Shown here in pieces: positions 58,601 through 64,000 of a stretch of DNA of 64,000 bases. The notes beneath the pieces are model-generated. The model ran no database searches. It saw only the letters and a program-made list of their open reading frames with translations, and had not been told where the DNA came from. The stretch spans positions 39,657 to 103,656 of the forward strand of contig CAXBDA010000001.1 of assembly GCA_963974595.1 (NCBI GenBank), written 5' to 3'. Position numbers and translations under genes: made by a program. Position 1 is the stretch's first letter, and each line of letters starts with the position of its first letter. Origin of the DNA: an uncultured Oleiphilus sp. GTDB taxonomy: Bacteria > Pseudomonadota > Gammaproteobacteria > Pseudomonadales > Oleiphilaceae.

Positions 58601-60319
58601 ATGGCCTCTAAGTTGAATAAAATTACTATCCATGAAACGCCACAGATGGAAAAAGCTAAAAGCTTTTTAGAAATATTTTATCTTAGAGAAGAGCTTCATC
58701 CAGACAAAGTATTTTTGCGTCAACCTAAAGACTCCGAATGGACTGAGTTCACTTGGAAAGAAGTGGGCATTCAGGCACGAAAATTATTAACCGTTCTAAG
58801 AGATCTGGGCCTTAAAGAAGGCGACCACATAGGCATTATTTCTAAAAACTGTGCACAATGGATTATTGCTGACCTTGCAATTTTAATGGGGGGCTTTGTA
58901 TCTGTGCCCTTCTATCCAACACTGAGCAAAGATGAACTCCAGCACGTTATTGGTTTGAGTGATATCAAAGTGTTATTCGTAGGTAAAGTTGAGAGCTGGG
59001 ATATTCAAAAAGACGCAGTTCCAGAAGAACTTCCCTGTATTGCATTCCCGCACTATGAAGGCAACTCAAACGTTGACTGCAAACTGCAGTGGCAAAAAAT
59101 TCTGGATGATTACGCACCGGTTCAATCAGTCTATATGCCTAAGCGGAATGATGTTTTCACTATCATCTACACCTCGGGAACAACCGGCACACCTAAAGGT
59201 GTCATGCTCAGTTATGACTGCGCAAACCAAGTCATACAACACGAACGTTTGCAACCAAGTTATGGCATTTACCAAGGTGTTTCTGAACGCATCCTGTCTT
59301 ACCTTCCACTCAATCATATTGCTGAACGTGTGGTCACTGAAGTCAGCTCTATCGTGGCAGGTTCAGAAGTGTCATTTAGTGAATCGATTGAGAAATTCGC
59401 CTTAAATTTACAATCTGTTCAGCCAACCCAGTTTTTTGCGGTGCCTCGAATTTGGGTAAAAATTCAACAAGGCATTTTAGCTAAACTTCCACAACAAAAA
59501 CTCGATTTACTTTTAAAAGTACCTTTTGTGAATAGCTTTATTAAAAATAAAATCAAACATGGCATTGGTCTTGGGGAAGTACGTTCTGCCATTTCAGGTG
59601 CTGCACCGGTGTCGGGTGAGCTTTTAGACTGGTTTAAAAAGTTAGATATCCATATACAAGAAGTATATGGAGCAACTGAATTATGTGGTGGCGTTACCTT
59701 CAATTCCAGAGACCAAATAGAAACCGGAACCGTTGGCAAGCCACTATATGGAACGGATATAAAAATAGACCCTGAAACAGATGAAATATTAGTCCATGCC
59801 CCTTGGCTCATGCTTGGTTACTACAAGTCTGAAGATAAAACAGCTGAAGTCATGGATGGCAAATATTACCGGAGCGGGGATACAGGTCACTTTGATGAAA
59901 AAGGTAATTTAGTGATTACCGGCCGAATAAAAGACACATTTAAAACAGCCAAGGGAAAATTTGTTGTACCCGTTCCATTAGAGCATCACTTTTCTAATAA
60001 TCCATATATTGAACAAGTAATGGTCACTGGCATAGGCTTAGTTCAGCCCATTGCACTTATTTCGCTGAATAATCAGCGCGCTGCGAGCGAATCTGATATC
60101 GAAGAAGTGCTTTTAGAAACACTTGAACATGTAAATTCATTATCAGACAAACATGAGACAATTAAGCAGCTGGTTGTATTCAAACAAGCTTGGACTGAAG
60201 ATTGTGGCTTCTTCACACCGACAATGAAAATTAAGCGCCATATTGTCGATGCAACGTACAAAGAGTCTTACTTCAAGTGGGAAGCAATGAAACAAACCAT
60301 TATTTGGGTTGATAAATAG
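58601..60319 (+). CDS. atuH: AMP-forming long-chain acyl-CoA synthetase, AtuH-like
   Basis: 572 aa with the AMP-binding motif IIYTSGTTGTPKGVML, plus YGATE and GDTG...ITGRIKD. Confidence 0.8.
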   Translation: MASKLNKITIHETPQMEKAKSFLEIFYLREELHPDKVFLRQPKDSEWTEFTWKEVGIQARKLLTVLRDLGLKEGDHIGIISKNCAQWIIADLAILMGGFVSVPFYPTLSKDELQHVIGLSDIKVLFVGKVESWDIQKDAVPEELPCIAFPHYEGNSNVDCKLQWQKILDDYAPVQSVYMPKRNDVFTIIYTSGTTGTPKGVMLSYDCANQVIQHERLQPSYGIYQGVSERILSYLPLNHIAERVVTEVSSIVAGSEVSFSESIEKFALNLQSVQPTQFFAVPRIWVKIQQGILAKLPQQKLDLLLKVPFVNSFIKNKIKHGIGLGEVRSAISGAAPVSGELLDWFKKLDIHIQEVYGATELCGGVTFNSRDQIETGTVGKPLYGTDIKIDPETDEILVHAPWLMLGYYKSEDKTAEVMDGKYYRSGDTGHFDEKGNLVITGRIKDTFKTAKGKFVVPVPLEHHFSNNPYIEQVMVTGIGLVQPIALISLNNQRAASESDIEEVLLETLEHVNSLSDKHETIKQLVVFKQAWTEDCGFFTPTMKIKRHIVDATYKESYFKWEAMKQTIIWVDK

Positions 60320-61187
60320 TAAACTCACCATAAATAGCGGGGTGATCAGAAAACGTTTGTAAGTCCAGCTTATATTGCGCTGTACAATTTAAACCCGAAT
60401 ATAAAAGATGATCGATATGACGGAGCCATCTTTTCATTTTATTAGAATTAGATTGCGTAGAAAAATTATGGCAGTTTTTATACGTACTTAAGTGCTTATC
60501 TATGATGATACTTAAGGTAGATGAGTATAAATAATCATTAAAATCCCCCATCACAATTAAAGCATCGCTATCTTTTCTAAAATATTCAATCGCTTGCTTC
60601 AAAGCTAACGCCTGTTTTTTTCGATTAATGGCTTTCTTCTTATTTTCATTTCTTTTCGATAATAGATGCGCTGTTATAACGCCTAGTTTTTTCTTTATGA
60701 CCCCATTAGCTTTTTCTCTATGTATCCAAAACTGAGCACCTACAACTTTACTGAGTTTTTTAGCCTTTCCTTCTCCTGCAATAAAGCCAGCTGGAAAGTT
60801 AAAGTCCGTCAAACTCCCTTTCACATAGGGCAACCTTGAAATAATGGCAACATCTTGTCCTGTGGCCGTATCACGCCCCTGTTTAAAATAAACTTTCCAA
60901 TCTACCCCTAATTCATTAACCAACTCCTCCGCTACCTGCTTATTTTCAATTTCACTCAAAGCAACAATATCAATTGATCTTGTTTGAATTTGCTTTACAT
61001 AAAAATTAATCTCCTCAAGATAGTCTGTCTTTGACATATCTCTTAAATGCTTCAAACTACCATCCACTTTTTTATCAAATGGCGTCCATAACCATTCCGT
61101 ATTAATAGTCATTATGCGAACGTCTGCATAGCTGAAAGAATTAAGTACAACGAATAATAATACTATTTTGCCGATAAAACTGAACAT
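60300..61187 (-). CDS. secreted endonuclease/exonuclease/phosphatase (EEP) family protein
   Basis: 295 aa with a signal peptide and EEP-like motifs (IMTINTEWLW, ALSEIEN, GDFND, SDHPAI). Its 3' end overlaps the atuH 3' end by 20 bp (convergent). Confidence 0.75.
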   Translation of the reverse strand: MFSFIGKIVLLFVVLNSFSYADVRIMTINTEWLWTPFDKKVDGSLKHLRDMSKTDYLEEINFYVKQIQTRSIDIVALSEIENKQVAEELVNELGVDWKVYFKQGRDTATGQDVAIISRLPYVKGSLTDFNFPAGFIAGEGKAKKLSKVVGAQFWIHREKANGVIKKKLGVITAHLLSKRNENKKKAINRKKQALALKQAIEYFRKDSDALIVMGDFNDYLYSSTLSIIIDKHLSTYKNCHNFSTQSNSNKMKRWLRHIDHLLYSGLNCTAQYKLDLQTFSDHPAIYGEFTIYQPK

Positions 61188-61327
61188 GCGTTTGTGCCTT
61201 CCTTATTATAAATAAATGACATTAGCATTTGAGTAGTTTGTGATAAATCGATGTGAAATAGTCAGGAAAACAAAAAATATTCACCTATACTTAACGTAGA
61301 TTTCCCGCCCAATACAAGGCTTTATGA

Positions 61328-62944
61328 ATGGCTCTCGAAGAGTATGCAAAGAAACGCTTCTTAATTGTAGATCAATTAGATTCATTTTGTTTTTCCACAA
61401 AAAAAACATTTAAAGAGCTCGGCTTAAAGCTGGTTGATACTGCAAGCTCAGCGCAAAAAGTAATCACCGGTTTTGAAAACATTAATTATGACGTGGTTTT
61501 GTGTAATTATGATTTAGGTAAAGGTAAAAATGGCCAAGAGTTATTAGAAGAATTACGTTATCGAAAACTATTAAAGTTTACGGGGTTATTTTTTATTGTC
61601 TCTGCCGAAGTTGAAAAAGGCAAAGTCATGGGCACTATCGAAAATGAACCTGATGGTTACTTAGTAAAACCTGTCATACCAAAAGACCTGATCAGTCGTT
61701 TAGAAAAATCCTTAAAAATGAAAGATGCAATGCGCATGATCGAAGTTGCCATTGATGAAGGTGATTACTTATCCGCCATTAACTATTGTGATAGGAAAAT
61801 TTCGGAAAAAGACCCTTATACAGCAAGAGCCCTTAAAACAAAGGCCTGGTTATATGGTAAAACAGGTCAGCTCGATTTAGCAAAAGCCGTGTATGAAGGC
61901 ATTCTCTCTAAACAAAGCTTTCTATGGGCAGAATATGGCTTAGCTAAAACCTTCTTCAAATTAAAAGATTACCCAGAAGCAGAAGTTGCTTTGAAACGAA
62001 TTCTTGAAAAAGATCCCGAACAATTAGAAGCCCTAGACTTACTTGCTGAAATATATAAAAAGCAACAACACTATACTGATGCACAAGCATATTTAAAACA
62101 GGCCATTACACTTTCTCCTAATGCTCTGCTCCGACAAAAAGAATTAGCCGATTTATGCGTTTTGAATAAAGATGATGAAGATGCTTTTGAAGCCTTTAAA
62201 AAAATGCATAAGTTAAGTGATCAATCTATTTATGCAAAACCAGAACAGTACTTTGATTACGCAAATTTTTTAATAGAACAAACCAAAAAACACCCTGAAA
62301 CAGCACTTAATGCAAGTCAAATAAAACAAGCTTTTGAATTAACAGAGAGCGTTAAAAGGCGTTTTTCATCACAAGCAAATATTCGGGATCAGAGTAAGCT
62401 AGCTACAGCTCATATTCACATTTCCATGGGAAATAATGAAGAAGCACAAGCGCTCATCAATTCTGTTCTAAAAGAGGAACACGTTAATGATTTAGATGCA
62501 CGAACCTTAAAGCTTGCCTCCTCTGTTATTAAAGAAACAGGGAATACAGATTTAGCCGAACAGTTGCTGGAAAAAGCGGCGGACAAAGCCGAAAATGATC
62601 CTGACTTAATTGCAGATATTTATGAACAATTAAACCGAGACATCACCCAAGAACAACGAAAAGAAGCGGCCCTTAAAAACAAAGCAGGTATACAGCACTA
62701 TACTAATAATGAACTTAAAGAGGCCATCACAGTACTTCGCGATGCATTAAGTATTACACCACGCCATATCTCGTTAAACTTAAACCTTATTCAAGTGTTG
62801 CTTAAGTTGTTTACACACTCTAAAGAGGAAAAACACCTGAATGAAGTCAATGACTTACTTAAAAAAATAAGACATATCCCTGAAGATCACAAAGAACATC
62901 GTCGTTACCAATTTTTGAAAAAGAAATTCGATAAAGTTCAGTAA
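61328..62944 (+). CDS. response-regulator receiver domain fused to TPR repeats
   Basis: 538 aa. The N-terminal REC shows FLIVDQLD, VVLCNYDLGKGKNGQELL and GYLVKP, followed by about 400 aa of TPR-like helical repeats. Confidence 0.75.
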   Translation: MALEEYAKKRFLIVDQLDSFCFSTKKTFKELGLKLVDTASSAQKVITGFENINYDVVLCNYDLGKGKNGQELLEELRYRKLLKFTGLFFIVSAEVEKGKVMGTIENEPDGYLVKPVIPKDLISRLEKSLKMKDAMRMIEVAIDEGDYLSAINYCDRKISEKDPYTARALKTKAWLYGKTGQLDLAKAVYEGILSKQSFLWAEYGLAKTFFKLKDYPEAEVALKRILEKDPEQLEALDLLAEIYKKQQHYTDAQAYLKQAITLSPNALLRQKELADLCVLNKDDEDAFEAFKKMHKLSDQSIYAKPEQYFDYANFLIEQTKKHPETALNASQIKQAFELTESVKRRFSSQANIRDQSKLATAHIHISMGNNEEAQALINSVLKEEHVNDLDARTLKLASSVIKETGNTDLAEQLLEKAADKAENDPDLIADIYEQLNRDITQEQRKEAALKNKAGIQHYTNNELKEAITVLRDALSITPRHISLNLNLIQVLLKLFTHSKEEKHLNEVNDLLKKIRHIPEDHKEHRRYQFLKKKFDKVQ

Positions 62945-63333
62945 GTAAAATACTAGACTAACACCTTAAGCCACAGAAGATTGCAAAAAAGTGCCATTAG
63001 CTGACACCAGGAGATTAGATTTCTGACGCTTTAAAGGCAGCTTAGCAAACTAAATTTTCTTAAGAAATGGCTTCTGGATATCATTTGCAGACATTATTTT
63101 ATCGGTGGCCGCCCTTCATATATGTCTTTTTAACGGTGAGTGTTCTGCTATATATACGGTTGGCATTAACGATTTTGTTTTTGGAGTCAATATGAGCCCG
63201 CATCTTCCTCTGTCGACGTTTAGCCATTACCATTACTAACGACCATCTATAACTCGGGGTTCTGACAGCTTGCCAGGCCTTACCAGATACAGAGTTTTCA
63301 CCTCCGTTCTTCTTACTTATCTCGGCTTGCCAT

Positions 63334-64000
63334 TTATGTCAATGGAAGCTGCGAACTTGCCTCGATCTCTCCTATTGATTGTAGAATTTCAACAACCTCA
63401 GAAGCATATTCAGGGGCTTGTTCAACAATGGTAGCCGCAATGTCTGTCGCCTGCTCCGGCTGATTTTCCACGACATACTCCATATAATTGGCAATGGCCT
63501 CACTAAGCCCCAGCTGTTGTTGACCCTGAGGAGCTTCATCTTGCTGATCTTTTAAATTATTTATATACGTTTCGGCAACAATGCAGGAAGCTTCCGGCAT
63601 AGCTTCTGAAGCCTTATGCGCTAACTCGTCATGTTGCTCCGTTGCAGATTCAATTATGCAATTAAATACTTCAGCCGCTGCTTGCTGAGGATCTTCAACT
63701 GCAAGATCAGCAGGACGCATCAGAGAAGACTCTTTATGAATTTGTTGGAAATACTCCTCCGTTAATTCCAGCAATTCTTCACTCTGATCATCACCAATAT
63801 TATCTACGGCCGTTTGAATAGCCGCACTTCCAAAGTTAGGTAATGCTCTCGCAATAGCCAACAATATTGCATTCCGGTTACTCGCATCCCCTTGCATAAT
63901 ATATTCAACAAACTGTTCCATTTGTTCAGGCTGTGCTGAAACCAAGATATCGGCAATATCAGCACTTAATTTTGGAGCATATTCAATGATTGACTTATAA
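63334..64000 (-). CDS. highly acidic hypothetical protein, partial (open to window end)
   Basis: The frame stays open upstream of the listed TTG start (hand translation gives ...YKSIIEYAPKLSADIADILVSAQPEQ...). It is D/E/Q-rich and helical. No family recognised. Confidence 0.45.
   Translation of the reverse strand, partial: YKSIIEYAPKLSADIADILVSAQPEQMEQFVEYIMQGDASNRNAILLAIARALPNFGSAAIQTAVDNIGDDQSEELLELTEEYFQQIHKESSLMRPADLAVEDPQQAAAEVFNCIIESATEQHDELAHKASEAMPEASCIVAETYINNLKDQQDEAPQGQQQLGLSEAIANYMEYVVENQPEQATDIAATIVEQAPEYASEVVEILQSIGEIEASSQLPLT

Overview
AT-rich chromosomal segment, roughly 35-40% GC on hand-counted lines, that looks like a marine gammaproteobacterium. My guess is Alteromonadales/Colwellia-like; that is not verified. 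Most of the window is core metabolism. It holds a MoxR-ATPase/acyl-CoA dehydrogenase/VWA trio followed by secreted TPR proteins, a solitary tRNA-Glu, an EAL-HDOD protein, ackA-pta, a split class II ribonucleotide reductase (nrdJa/nrdJb) behind a long leader with NrdR-box-like palindromes, and a patatin-like lipase. It also holds a HupE/UreJ pair, a cytoplasmic molybdoenzyme with an AraC regulator, a LolA-like/ABC/OM-barrel export cluster, a beta-oxidation-type operon (thiolase, FadB-like, ACAD, CoA-transferase), and a complete atuR-atuABCDEFGH-like acyclic-terpene/geranyl-CoA carboxylase cluster. Two regions look horizontally acquired. The first is an ISL3-type insertion (17018-19326) with perfect 8-bp target duplications. 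Its interior is a nest of IS3 and Tn3 remnants carrying an intact higBA pair. The second is a GC-rich copAB copper-resistance pair. The most unusual locus is 40266-46446. It is a chemosensory-like module made of a sensor-fused CheA-type kinase (no P2/P5), a miniature MCP, two CheX-like proteins and one CheY. Both CheX-like proteins end in the same octapeptide, DSGELELF, which resembles the CheY-docking C-terminus of CheZ. No CheW, CheR or CheB is present. A roughly 75-100 bp hairpin-forming intergenic repeat occurs three times inside the atu cluster. All functional calls rest on recognising motifs and families in the supplied translations. No database search was run.
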